64,000 nucleotides of DNA from Bacteroidales bacterium (GTDB lineage Bacteria; Bacteroidota; Bacteroidia; Bacteroidales; P3): NCBI GenBank assembly GCA_045576855.1, contig JAZNHG010000035.1, positions 1,855-65,854 of the forward strand. The letters are read 5' to 3'. The notes below the pieces were generated by a model. It made no database searches. It saw nothing but the letters and a program-made list of their open reading frames with translations, and was not told where the DNA came from. Shown in pieces: positions 44,556 through 53,750 of the stretch (position 1 is the first letter of the stretch; each line of letters opens with the position of its first letter). The translations under genes and the position numbers were made by a program.

Positions 44556-44596
44556 TTTAACTTTTAACTTTTAACTTTTAACTCTTAACTTTCAAT
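44555..44596. repeat. 7-bp tandem array TTTTAAC (GTTAAAA on the coding strand), about 6 units, filling the blaI-blaR1 junction
   Basis: ttttaac x4, then tcttaac and tttcaat. It spans from the last base of the blaR1-like ATG through the 29-nt spacer into the last blaI-like codons. Confidence 0.9.
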
Positions 44597-44950
44597 CCCC
44601 TTGGTGATAGCCTCGAGGTCTTCGAGCGAGACCTCCTTCTTGTCGACCAGAAACGACACCAGCGCCCGCGCCGACGAGCCGAAGAAGCGGTGCGCGATGC
44701 TGCCCAGCATACGCTGCATATACTCCTCGCGACTGATGAGCGGATAGTAGCGGTTGGCACGGTTGAAGGTCTCGTGGGCCACAAATCCCTTCTGCTCCAG
44801 CGTGCGCACCACGGTGAGCACCGTATTGTAGGCCACGTCGGCATCGACCGCCGCAACCACCTCGTTGGCAAACCCTTGGCCCACTTTCCACACCGCCTGC
44901 ATCACCTGCTCCTCGGCCTTGGTCAACTCTTTAATCTCTTTTGTTTCCAT
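44585..44950 (-). CDS. BlaI/MecI/CopY-family transcriptional repressor
   Basis: 121 aa with a winged-helix N-terminus (LTKAEEQVMQAVW...TVLTVVRTLEQKGFV). It lies directly upstream of the BlaR1-like gene. Confidence 0.88.
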   Translation of the reverse strand: METKEIKELTKAEEQVMQAVWKVGQGFANEVVAAVDADVAYNTVLTVVRTLEQKGFVAHETFNRANRYYPLISREEYMQRMLGSIAHRFFGSSARALVSFLVDKKEVSLEDLEAITKGIES

Positions 44951-45228
44951 AATTATATCGTATTGTCATTAATTATATTTCTAGTTACATAACGGCATAA
45001 TGCATTACGTATTGTATGATAGTGATATTTTTTTCAAAAAAAAATTTGTATTGGGCGGAGTTTTGAAGCAAGAAAAAAAACATCGTGCACGACATAACCG
45101 CCTTACTGACATGGGGTCGCACCATCGAGAGAAAGGTGTCGAATGGGGCAAAAATACAGGCAAATGTGGGTCATAACCCCATAAACATCAGTATTTCTAC
45201 ACAATTCATCCGACAAAAAACCGACTGC

Positions 45229-45280
45229 AGTCGGACTTCAGTCGGACATGAGTCGGACATGAGTCGGACATGAATCGGTG
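45229..45280. repeat. 11-bp tandem array AGTCGGACATG, about 4.7 units
   Basis: agtcggacttc agtcggacatg agtcggacatg agtcggacatg aatcggtg, preceded by the palindrome ccgactgcagtcgg. Confidence 0.9.
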
Positions 45281-45378
45281 TTGAACAGGGGTTGTCAGAG
45301 GGGTGTGGCGAAATAGGTCGCACGCGATATAATTAACATCTGAGCATGTCGCCAGGGGTGTCGTCAGGGGGTTGAAAA

Positions 45379-46134
45379 TCATTCGCACCGACCGTCGGGG
45401 GTGCAGACGCGGGAGGCGTAGGAGAGGGTGTCGACGCGGCCGAAGTCCAGCTCGGTGACAGGGACGGTGATATCGCGGATGTCGGTGGGCTCGAGCAGGG
45501 CGGTGGTGTCGTTATAGATGGTGTAAGTGCACTTCATGCGCCCCTTGGGGTCGAGCATCACGGTGGTTGGAGTGCCGTTGGGGCCGGTGATGGGCTGGCG
45601 CTGCGGAGCGATGGCATTGACGATGTTGTTCTGGCGGTCGTCAGCCTCTTCCCAGCCCAACTCCTCGAAGCTCTTGCCGTAGTTCCAAATCATATTCCAT
45701 GCCACCGTCCACATGTTCCTCACCATCAGCGGACGGAATTGCGGCAGCGTGTCGTCGATCCAGTAGCGGGGCGAGTCGATATGGTAGGTACGGAAGACTT
45801 TGTCCATGTATTGTGCCGAGCTGTAGTCGGTCTCCACGAAGTACCAGCGCACCCGACTGCTGTCGCACTCGGCCATCTTGCGCGGGTAGACGTCGCGCAT
45901 GGCCAGTTCGCAGGGGCCGCAGCAGGAACTGGTCAGTACCACCACCTTATAGTGTGTGGTGTCGGCGGACACCATCTGCCGCAACTGCTCCACAGTGACG
46001 GGCGTGAGGTTGCTCATCGCGGAGACCTTGCGGTAGTTCTTCACCGTGGGTTTCTGCATCATGCAGCCCGCGAGCAGCAGAGAGGTCACTATGGGCAGGA
46101 GGAAGGTCCACTTTCTTTTTTTAGGGGTTTTCAT
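45379..46134 (-). CDS. thioredoxin-fold lipoprotein (CGPC motif)
   Basis: 251 aa. Lipobox LLLAGC, and VVVLTSSCCGPCE resembles a TlpA/redoxin-like active site. Confidence 0.55.
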   Translation of the reverse strand: MKTPKKRKWTFLLPIVTSLLLAGCMMQKPTVKNYRKVSAMSNLTPVTVEQLRQMVSADTTHYKVVVLTSSCCGPCELAMRDVYPRKMAECDSSRVRWYFVETDYSSAQYMDKVFRTYHIDSPRYWIDDTLPQFRPLMVRNMWTVAWNMIWNYGKSFEELGWEEADDRQNNIVNAIAPQRQPITGPNGTPTTVMLDPKGRMKCTYTIYNDTTALLEPTDIRDITVPVTELDFGRVDTLSYASRVCTPDGRCE

Positions 46135-46219
46135 AAGGCAATAACTATTAATACTTCTTTATTATAATATCGCGAAAGTGGCCCAAATCTTACACCCTTC
46201 TATGAAAAAAGTTCAGACC

Positions 46220-46642
46220 TTAGATATCCATGGGATGAAATACATGGGGATAGTAGTCCTCGATAGTGAGGGTAAGGGTGTCGCCCATGATCTCATAGTG
46301 GAACGGTATGCCTTCGTCGCCGAAGATGGTGCCGGAGCTGACGCCGTCGAAAGTGTAGGTCGTCTCAATGGTTCTTGCTCCGGTAAGTTCCCCTTCGAAG
46401 ATGGCCTTGCGGAAGAGCAACGCTATGCTGTCGGACATAAAGACGAGTTCTTCCTCCCAGTAGGTGTCATCAAACGTCGGGTTTTCCATCCTACCCTGCC
46501 ATGCGGTATGTGCCAGCGATATTTTTCCGTCATTATCGTTCGGCTGGACGGGTGTGTTTTCTTTCTCGCAGCCAACGGTGGCCGTCAGCAGCATCGCGCC
46601 CAGTGCGATGACGGTGAAGATTTTGATGATGTGGCGTTGCAT
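46220..46642 (-). CDS. small lipoprotein, hypothetical (paralogue of the next gene)
   Basis: 140 aa. Lipobox LTATVGC. It shares the pattern SL..TAW........D......F....G..YTFDG with 46667-47143. Confidence 0.45.
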   Translation of the reverse strand: MQRHIIKIFTVIALGAMLLTATVGCEKENTPVQPNDNDGKISLAHTAWQGRMENPTFDDTYWEEELVFMSDSIALLFRKAIFEGELTGARTIETTYTFDGVSSGTIFGDEGIPFHYEIMGDTLTLTIEDYYPHVFHPMDI

Positions 46643-46666
46643 ATTGGAGGTGTTTTTGATGGTTCG

Positions 46667-47143
46667 TTATTCCGCCAGCGGATGGTAAGTTCGATTTAAA
46701 TCGGTGGTGATGGTAGTGTCGGCGGGATTGTAGCTGAAGGAAATCGGATTTTCAGGATGGGTGGTGAGCCAATAGGCACCCTCCAGCGTGAGGCCGTCGA
46801 AACGGTACTTGATGTCGTCGAGAGATTCAATAATTACCTGCCCGTTACTGCTTAAGAGGCCATAATCCGTCCCTGTGCTATCGGTGACGAAACGCAAAAC
46901 GTCCTTGTCAGTAACATTGCCGTCCACACTCAAATTTTCCCACGCAGTGCCGACGAGCGACACAGGCTGTGGGTCGGGTTGTTGCGGCACGGTATCGGTG
47001 GGGATAGTGTCGTTAATGTTGAACATATCGTCCGGGTCGCAGGCAACCAGCAGCATTGCGCCCAAGGCGAGTGTGAAGAAAGTCCGGTGGACTTTCGATA
47101 GCGAAGCGGAGAACAAAAGGGATTTGATGATGTTGTGTGTCAT
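46667..47143 (-). CDS. small lipoprotein, hypothetical (paralogue of the previous gene)
   Basis: 158 aa with lipobox-like MLLVAC. Confidence 0.45.
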   Translation of the reverse strand: MTHNIIKSLLFSASLSKVHRTFFTLALGAMLLVACDPDDMFNINDTIPTDTVPQQPDPQPVSLVGTAWENLSVDGNVTDKDVLRFVTDSTGTDYGLLSSNGQVIIESLDDIKYRFDGLTLEGAYWLTTHPENPISFSYNPADTTITTDLNRTYHPLAE

Positions 47144-47164
47144 ATAATATGTGTTTTTGATGAT

Positions 47165-48976
47165 TTATTTCATTACTATTACTTTCTGTGCTGGGCGGTC
47201 GCCGACTTTGACCAGGTAGAGGCCAGCAGGCAACGCCTCATTGCGTAGGCTACGGCCCATTGCGTCGAACACCTGTACTGTCTCGCCCTCGGCACCCTCG
47301 ACGATGATGCGGCCGGCGAGGGTATAGACCTTCAGGCCGTCGCCCTCCGCGTCGTCGATGCTTCCGCAGTCCTCAACCATCTTGTCGGCATAGCGGCCCC
47401 AGTAGACGTGGTCGGTCCACTCATCCAAATAGCCACAGGGGATATAGATGCGCCCGAGGCTGCCCATCTGCTCGAGGGGCCCTTCGCCGACGACAGCGGG
47501 TGGGAGACCGGCGGCGAAGCGGATGTTGGCAAGGTTGGCACCGGAGAAGACATAGCTGCCCATCGTGTCGAGCGGGCCGTTGAAGTGGACGTCGCGCAGG
47601 CTGTTGTTGCAGGCGCCGAAGACGGCCTCGCCGATTCGCCTCAGGGTCGCCGGGAGGTCGAGGGTGGTGACGTGGGAACTGCTCATCTGCGACAGCGCCC
47701 AGAAGGCATAGTCGCCGATCTCCTCGACGGCATTGCCCCAGGTGACGGAGCTGAGCTTGATGCACGAATTGAACGCCTCCTTGGGGATGACGCGCAGCGA
47801 GTCAGGAATGACGATGGAGGTCAACGCATAGCAGTGCTCAAACGCCCCCTGCCCCAGGGAGAGCAGCGTCTGCGGCATGGTGACGCTGGCCAGGCGGTCG
47901 TTCTCGGAGAAGGCTTTCCGGCCGATGGAGTGCATGTGGAGCGGCAGGGCGATGGTGGTAATCTGGCAGCCGTTGAAGCAGTTGTCGAGGATGTCGGTCA
48001 CACTCTCGGGGATGGCGATGTTCCGTACCCACGTGTTGTTTTCGAAGCCACCGAGGACCTTCACATTGGGGTTCAGTGTCACGGTGGCGCCCGACTTGTG
48101 GCACGAGACGAGGGTGTCATAGTCGGCGCTGTAGACCATCAGGCCGTCCATCACGTAGTGGGTGTTGCCGGGGGCGATTGAGAGGTTGTTCATCTGTGGG
48201 CAATAGGAGAAAGGGCAGAGTCCGATGCGAGATACCGTGGCGGGGATAACTATGCCATCGACCGCCGAGCAGCAGTTGAAGGCGAAGTCGCCGATGGAGG
48301 CCAACCCCTCGGGGAACGCCACGGCGGTGATGCGGCTGCAGAAGCCGAAGGCCATCGGCCCCAGGTGGCGCACATACGGCGGCACGCTGACGGCGCCCGT
48401 CGTCCCGGAGGGCACGAGGCAGAGCGTCAGGCTGTCGCGGCTGTAGAGCCAGCCGCCGATGGAGCGGTAGTGCGGGCTAGCCTCGTCGACAGTGACGCTC
48501 GTCAGGTTCCTCAACCAGAAAGCACACTCGCCGAAGGACTCGAAACAGGCCGGCAGGTGCAACGTCTCGACGCGGGAGTAGAGGAAGGCGTGGTCGTCGA
48601 TGTGGCGCAGCGAGTCGGGCAGCTGCAGGGCGGTGAAGGTGCAGTTGTAGAAGCAGTACGCGCCGATGCGGCGGATGGTAGGCGGCAGGGTGAGGCTTGT
48701 GACGGTGGTGCAGCCCTCGAAGGCCGACTCGGCCAGAGCCGTCACAGTATAGGCAGCGTCGTCCAGCTCGACCGTCTGCGGGATGGCGATTGCACCGCTG
48801 TAGGGGCTGGACTGCAGCTCCTGCACGTAGTAGTGGGGCAACACTTCGGCGGTGTGCTCCGCGGACGAGGTGATGCCATAGGCGATGCCGTCCACTTCAT
48901 AGTATTGCGCCGAAGCGACGGACGGGAGGGTGGTCAGCACTGCGCAGAGTGCCAGAAGGGGGATGATGTGTCTCAT
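47165..48976 (-). CDS. BspA-type leucine-rich-repeat surface protein with a T9SS type-A C-terminal domain
   Basis: Start taken at MRHIIPLLALCAVLTTLPSVASAQ. It has repeated ..I..AF..C..L.S...P..... units and a C-terminal LKVYTLAGRII...LPAGLYLVKV sorting domain. Confidence 0.8.
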   Translation of the reverse strand: MRHIIPLLALCAVLTTLPSVASAQYYEVDGIAYGITSSAEHTAEVLPHYYVQELQSSPYSGAIAIPQTVELDDAAYTVTALAESAFEGCTTVTSLTLPPTIRRIGAYCFYNCTFTALQLPDSLRHIDDHAFLYSRVETLHLPACFESFGECAFWLRNLTSVTVDEASPHYRSIGGWLYSRDSLTLCLVPSGTTGAVSVPPYVRHLGPMAFGFCSRITAVAFPEGLASIGDFAFNCCSAVDGIVIPATVSRIGLCPFSYCPQMNNLSIAPGNTHYVMDGLMVYSADYDTLVSCHKSGATVTLNPNVKVLGGFENNTWVRNIAIPESVTDILDNCFNGCQITTIALPLHMHSIGRKAFSENDRLASVTMPQTLLSLGQGAFEHCYALTSIVIPDSLRVIPKEAFNSCIKLSSVTWGNAVEEIGDYAFWALSQMSSSHVTTLDLPATLRRIGEAVFGACNNSLRDVHFNGPLDTMGSYVFSGANLANIRFAAGLPPAVVGEGPLEQMGSLGRIYIPCGYLDEWTDHVYWGRYADKMVEDCGSIDDAEGDGLKVYTLAGRIIVEGAEGETVQVFDAMGRSLRNEALPAGLYLVKVGDRPAQKVIVMK

Positions 48977-49044
48977 GTCGTTTGGTATTAAGGGGTTCAT
49001 GCCTATATAATACCCACTTGGAAGGCCAAATCTGACAGAGGGCA

Positions 49045-49075
49045 TAAAAAAACATCCCCGAAGGGTTCGGGGATG
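49045..49075 (-). terminator. intrinsic terminator after rplI
   Basis: On the minus strand, a 10-bp stem catccccgaa/ttcggggatg with a 3-nt loop, followed by TTTTTTT. Confidence 0.8.
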
Positions 49076-49102
49076 CTTGACTATTGCTTGTCTATCTGGC
49101 GA

Positions 49103-49546
49103 TTACTCGGCGACGACCTCGAGGTTGAGTTCGGCCTTAATCTCTTTGTAGACATTGACCTTGGCGGTGTAATTACCGACGGCCTTGATGGGCTCGACAA
49201 CGATGTCCTTGCGGTCCACATCGTAGTTGTGCTGCTCCTTGAGAGCCTCGGCAACCATGATGTTGTTGATGCCACCGAAAAGCTGGCCATTCTCACCCAC
49301 CTTGACGATGAGCTTCACGGTCTTGCCGTTGAGGGCGGCCTGCTGGGTCTCGGCGTTTTTGCGGAGGGCTTCCTCCTTGTGGGCGCGCTGGCGCAGGTTC
49401 TCGGCATGAATTTTCTTGTTCACCGGAGTGGCGATGATAGCCTTACCCTGAGGAAGGAGGTAGTTGTTGGCATAGCCATTCTTCACTTTGACGATATCGT
49501 CCTTGTAGCCGAGGTTGGCCACATCCTGTTTCAGTATGATTTCCAT
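49103..49546 (-). CDS. rplI: 50S ribosomal protein L9
   Basis: 147 aa. MEIILKQDV.NLG.K.DIV.VK.GYA.NYL.P.G.A is the canonical L9 N-terminus. Confidence 0.93.
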   Translation of the reverse strand: MEIILKQDVANLGYKDDIVKVKNGYANNYLLPQGKAIIATPVNKKIHAENLRQRAHKEEALRKNAETQQAALNGKTVKLIVKVGENGQLFGGINNIMVAEALKEQHNYDVDRKDIVVEPIKAVGNYTAKVNVYKEIKAELNLEVVAE

Positions 49547-49565
49547 CTATTCTTCCTCCTTATTA

Positions 49566-49832
49566 TTATTTGAGACAATCGGCAACGTAGGGCATCAGGG
49601 CGATGTGACGGGCGCGCTTGATGGCCTGCGAGACCTTTTTCTGGTACTTGTTCGAGGTGCCGGTGATGCGGCGGGGCAGAATCTTGCCCTGCTCGTTGAC
49701 GAACTTCAGCAAGAAGTCGGCATCCTTGTAGTCAATATATTTAATACCGAGCTTTTTGAAGCGGCAGTATTTCTTACGCTGAGTCTCCACGGCAATGGGA
49801 GTCAGATATTTGATTTCGCTTTCGTTAGCCAT
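49566..49832 (-). CDS. rpsR: 30S ribosomal protein S18
   Basis: 88 aa with the motifs IDYKD...L..F....GKILPRR.TG......Q......IKRAR..ALL. Confidence 0.93.
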   Translation of the reverse strand: MANESEIKYLTPIAVETQRKKYCRFKKLGIKYIDYKDADFLLKFVNEQGKILPRRITGTSNKYQKKVSQAIKRARHIALMPYVADCLK

Positions 49833-49870
49833 AACAAATTCTTAATTCTTGATTCTAAACTCTTAATTAA

Positions 49871-50239
49871 TTATGCCTCGGCGGGAGTCTCGACAGCAGC
49901 GGGAGCCTCAGCCTTTTTGGCACGCTTTTTCTCGTTGTAAGCCACGGCATGCTTGTCGAGACTGACGGTGAGGAAGCGGAGCAGACGCTCATCGCGCTTG
50001 TAGGCGACTTCGAGGTCATTGATAACGCTACCCTCGGCGCGGAACTCAATAAGATAATAGAAGCCGGTGGTCTTTTTGCGGATAGGATAGGCCAGCTTAC
50101 GCATGCCCCAATTGTTCTCGTACACGATCTCGGCACCCTTCTCGGTGAGAAGATCTTTGTACTTCTTGACCGTTTCCTTCATCTGTTCTTCAGACAAAAC
50201 GGGAGTTGCAATGAAAACGGTTTCGTACTGTTTTACCAT
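49871..50239 (-). CDS. rpsF: 30S ribosomal protein S6
   Basis: 122 aa. YETVFI..P.....Q........K......GA.I......WG.R.LAY.I. Confidence 0.93.
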   Translation of the reverse strand: MVKQYETVFIATPVLSEEQMKETVKKYKDLLTEKGAEIVYENNWGMRKLAYPIRKKTTGFYYLIEFRAEGSVINDLEVAYKRDERLLRFLTVSLDKHAVAYNEKKRAKKAEAPAAVETPAEA

Positions 50240-50267
50240 TACTGTGTTGTTTTGTTGTTATTGTTTT

Positions 50268-50298
50268 AAATAAAAAAGGCAGAACACCATGTTCTGCC
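50268..50298 (-). terminator. intrinsic terminator-like hairpin between tRNA-Thr and rpsF
   Basis: On the minus strand, an 8-bp stem ggcagaac/gttctgcc with a 5-nt loop, followed by TTTTTTATTT. It lies only about 30 nt upstream of the rpsF ATG. Confidence 0.7.
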
Positions 50299-50315
50299 TA
50301 TCTGTTTCGTTTTCG

Positions 50316-50388
<73 letters not shown>

Positions 50389-50405
50389 GGCTTTTGCGGT
50401 TTGTG

Positions 50406-50479
50406 TCGGGGTGAGAAGACTCGAACTTCCGGCCTCCACGTCCCGAACGTGGCGCGCTAGCCAACTGCGCTACACCCCG
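50406..50479 (-). tRNA. tRNA-Pro (anticodon CGG)
   Basis: Hand fold: CGGGGTG/CACCCCG acceptor, CCACG-TTCGGGA-CGTGG anticodon arm. Confidence 0.9.
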
Positions 50480-50487
50480 CGATGTTG

Positions 50488-50560
50488 TGTCCTGGCAGGG
50501 ATTCGAACCCTGGACCCATTGATTAAGAGTCAATTGCTCTACCAGCTGAGCTACCAAGAC
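50488..50560 (-). tRNA. tRNA-Lys (anticodon CTT)
   Basis: Hand fold: GTCTTGG/CCAGGAC acceptor, ATTGA-CTCTTAA-TCAAT anticodon arm. Confidence 0.9.
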
Positions 50561-50672
50561 ATTTATTCTCTTTCGCTTGTGTTTTACGACAACCTCATCG
50601 GCCTTTCTTCGAAGGCGTATTGAACATGGACTTTGACATTGTCGTGCATTATTTCAAGTTACTCTTTCTTCT

Positions 50673-50748
<76 letters not shown>

Positions 50749-50761
50749 ATCATGTCAATCG

Positions 50762-50844
50762 TACTCCGGGTGGGACTTGAACCCACACGCCCTTGCGGGC
50801 AAGGGATTTTAAGTCCCTCGTGTCTACCATTCCACCACCAGAGC
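50762..50844 (-). tRNA. tRNA-Leu (anticodon TAA), long variable arm
   Basis: Hand fold: AGGGA-CTTAAAA-TCCCT anticodon arm, variable arm TGCCCGCAAGGGCG. The acceptor needs G-U pairs, so the ends are within about 1 nt. Confidence 0.85.
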
Positions 50845-50866
50845 CTCTCCTCTGATTTTGGAGTCC

Positions 50867-50942
<76 letters not shown>

Positions 50943-50968
50943 GTGCTTTTTTACCTCGAAAGCGGGTG

Positions 50969-50976
50969 CAAAAGTA
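50969..50976 (-). promoter_or_regulatory. -7 box TACTTTTG upstream of the six-tRNA cluster
   Basis: The minus strand reads aaaatgtttgTACTTTTGCACCCGCTTTCGAGG. It ends about 26 nt before the first tRNA-Gly. Confidence 0.5.
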
Positions 50977-51006
50977 CAAACATTTTTGAAACTGGAAAAA
51001 TTTTTT

Positions 51007-53640
51007 TCACTTTTTTACTACAATTTTTTTAATCTCATTGAGTTTCAGCAACGCTTCTATCGGCGTAAGTGTATCAATATCAATGTCGAGAAGGATGTCT
51101 TTTATCTGATACAACGTTGGATCATCCAACTGGATAAAACTAAGTTGAAGTCCCTCTGTCGGGCTGTTTTCGGACTCTTTTTTTGACGTTTTTTTACTTT
51201 TTTGCCCCTCCGTTGCGCGACTATTTTGTTGCTCCAATTGTTGCAACATTGCATCGGCACGGTTAACCACTTGCGGTGGCATACCTGCCAATCTAGCCAC
51301 ATGGATACCAAAGCTATGCTCACTGCCTCCTGGTAGTAACTTGCGCAGGAAAATAACCCGTCCGTCAACCTCCTTAACACTGACATGATAATTCTTTATA
51401 CGTGCATACTGGTTCTCCATCTCTATCAATTCATGATAGTGTGTAGCAAACATCACCTTAGGATGAGCCTTCTTGTTATTGTGAAGGTATTCAGTGATTG
51501 CCCAGGCTATGGAGATACCATCGTAAGTAGAGGTACCACGACCTATTTCATCAAGCAATACCAGAGACCGGTCACTCACATTATTAAGAATGCTCGCAGT
51601 CTCGTTCATCTCGACCATGAATGTCGACTCACCACTGCTGATATTGTCACTCGCGCCCACACGGGTGAATATCTTATCTACAATACCAATAGATGCCTGC
51701 TTGGCCGGACAATAACATCCCATCTGTGCCATCAAAACTATGAGTGCGGTCTGGCGCAACAAAGCCGACTTACCGCTCATATTGGGCCCGGTGATAATTA
51801 CTATCTGCTGATGGTCTCGATCTAGAGAAACATCATTGCTGACATATTGCTCGCCCGGCTGCATCTGAGTCTCGATGACAGGATGGCGACCTTCGAGAAT
51901 ATGTATGGTATCGCTGTCGTTCAATTCAGGTCGGCAGTAGTTGTTCCTGAGTGCGACTTCAGCAAAGCTCTGCAGGCAGTCCAACCGCGCCACCTGCTGT
52001 GCATCGTATTGAACCGGCTGCACGTATTCTGTCACAGCAGCCATTAGACGGGAGTACAACTGCTGTTCCAACGTCAGAATCCGGTCTTCAGCGCCCAGTA
52101 TCTTATCTTCATATTCTTTCAGTTCGGGTGTGATATACCGTTCGGCATTGGTAAGAGTTTGTTTACGAACCCACTCTGCCGGCACCTTATCTTTATGAGT
52201 GTTATAAACCTCAAAATAATAACCAAAGATATTGTTGAATCCCACCCGAAGCGACGGTATGCCAGTCGCCTCTACTTCACGATGTTGCAATTGCACAAGG
52301 TAATCCTTGCCCGAACCTGCCATCTTTCGTAACTCATCAAGTTCTTCGTCTACACCATCGGCTATCACACCACCTTTCTCCACTTTGGCCGGAGGTTCTT
52401 CCTTTATCTCGCGACCAATTCTGTCAGCCAACATCATGCAAGGGTTAATCTGTTCTGCCACATTTCGCAGCCCTTCGTTGTCGCTTTCGCCACATATACG
52501 TTTCACTTCGGCCACCGCCTGTAGAGAACGGCGCAACTGCTGCATCTCTCTGGGATTGATTCGGCCAACAGCAGCCTTGGTGACCAAGCGTTCCAAATCA
52601 CCTATAGCTTTTATATGTAACGCCAGCTGTTCTCGCAAATCGGAATCGCGTACCAATATATCTACAACAGATAGCCGATCCTCTACCAGTTCTCTCTCCT
52701 TGAGCGGCATCAGCACCCATCGACGCAACAGCCGTGATCCCATCGGGGTGAGCGTCTCGTCCAACACATCTAATAATGTACGAGCCTTTTCATTAGGAGA
52801 GGACACCAACTCTAGATTACGCACCGTAAAACGGTCGAGCCAAACATAGCGGTCACGTTCCACGCGACTAAGCCTTGTAATATTGGCCGTTTGGTTGTGT
52901 TGCGTATCCTGCAAATAATAGAGCACTGCACCAGCGGCAATGATACCCATATCCAAATCGTCCACACCAAAACCTTTCAGCGAATTGGTACCAAACTGTT
53001 TCAGGAGTAGCTCATGGGCAAAATCGGGAGCAAAAACCCAGTCATCAAATGTGTTACAGTAGTATTTTTCGGAGAATCGCTCCATAAACCAGCGTTGCTT
53101 CTTCCGCTGAAGAACAACTTCCGAGGGGTGGAAATTGGCCATTAATTTGTCAATGTAAGCCCAATCACCCTGAGCAACATAGAACTCGCCCGTTGATACA
53201 TCCAAGAAACTCACTCCATGTATCTTATCCGTCAGGTGCAATCCACACAGGAAGTTATTCTCCTTTACCTCAAGCACCATATCATTATAAGCCACCCCGG
53301 GAGTAACCAATTCCGTGATCCCTCGTTTCACCAAGCCCTTGGCCGTTTTGGGGTCTTCCAATTGTTCACAAATAGCCACACGATAACCTGCCCGAACCAA
53401 TCGTGGAAGGTATTGTTCCACTGCATGATATGGCACACCGGCCAAATCGGTATATTCGCCCCCACCGGCCGTCTTCCGAGTCAGGGTGAGTCCCAACACA
53501 CTGGAAGCCACACGTGCATCCTCGCCAAATGTCTCATAAAAGTCACCCACACGGAACAGAAGTATCGCATCGGGAAACTTCTTCTTCAACTCAGCATGTT
53601 GCTTCATCAAAGGCGAGCTATCGTCAGTCTTCTTTGCCAT
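51007..53640 (-). CDS. mutS: DNA mismatch repair protein MutS
   Basis: Start taken at [15 protein letters not shown]. Motifs FYE.F..DA, Walker [21 protein letters not shown] and TH.HEL. Confidence 0.96.
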   Translation of the reverse strand: MAKKTDDSSPLMKQHAELKKKFPDAILLFRVGDFYETFGEDARVASSVLGLTLTRKTAGGGEYTDLAGVPYHAVEQYLPRLVRAGYRVAICEQLEDPKTAKGLVKRGITELVTPGVAYNDMVLEVKENNFLCGLHLTDKIHGVSFLDVSTGEFYVAQGDWAYIDKLMANFHPSEVVLQRKKQRWFMERFSEKYYCNTFDDWVFAPDFAHELLLKQFGTNSLKGFGVDDLDMGIIAAGAVLYYLQDTQHNQTANITRLSRVERDRYVWLDRFTVRNLELVSSPNEKARTLLDVLDETLTPMGSRLLRRWVLMPLKERELVEDRLSVVDILVRDSDLREQLALHIKAIGDLERLVTKAAVGRINPREMQQLRRSLQAVAEVKRICGESDNEGLRNVAEQINPCMMLADRIGREIKEEPPAKVEKGGVIADGVDEELDELRKMAGSGKDYLVQLQHREVEATGIPSLRVGFNNIFGYYFEVYNTHKDKVPAEWVRKQTLTNAERYITPELKEYEDKILGAEDRILTLEQQLYSRLMAAVTEYVQPVQYDAQQVARLDCLQSFAEVALRNNYCRPELNDSDTIHILEGRHPVIETQMQPGEQYVSNDVSLDRDHQQIVIITGPNMSGKSALLRQTALIVLMAQMGCYCPAKQASIGIVDKIFTRVGASDNISSGESTFMVEMNETASILNNVSDRSLVLLDEIGRGTSTYDGISIAWAITEYLHNNKKAHPKVMFATHYHELIEMENQYARIKNYHVSVKEVDGRVIFLRKLLPGGSEHSFGIHVARLAGMPPQVVNRADAMLQQLEQQNSRATEGQKSKKTSKKESENSPTEGLQLSFIQLDDPTLYQIKDILLDIDIDTLTPIEALLKLNEIKKIVVKK

Positions 53641-53700
53641 GTCTTTATCTTTATGTCTATCAAGCGTGTAAATTAGATACAATCACGTTACATTTTGTTG

Positions 53701-53708
53701 CAAAGTTA
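53701..53708 (-). promoter_or_regulatory. -7 box TAACTTTG upstream of mutS
   Basis: Exact TAnnTTTG match on the minus strand about 60 nt upstream of ATG 53640. No well-spaced -33 TTTG was seen. Confidence 0.35.
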
Positions 53709-53750
53709 CACAAATTTTCTTAATCGCGCATCGTTATTACAAAACTAAAA

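Noticed and set aside
45085-45388. Small ORFs 45085-45273 (+) and 45206-45388 (-) in the blaI-upstream intergenic region.
   Set aside because: Both are largely translations of the AGTCGGACATG array, and neither has supporting start signals or motifs.
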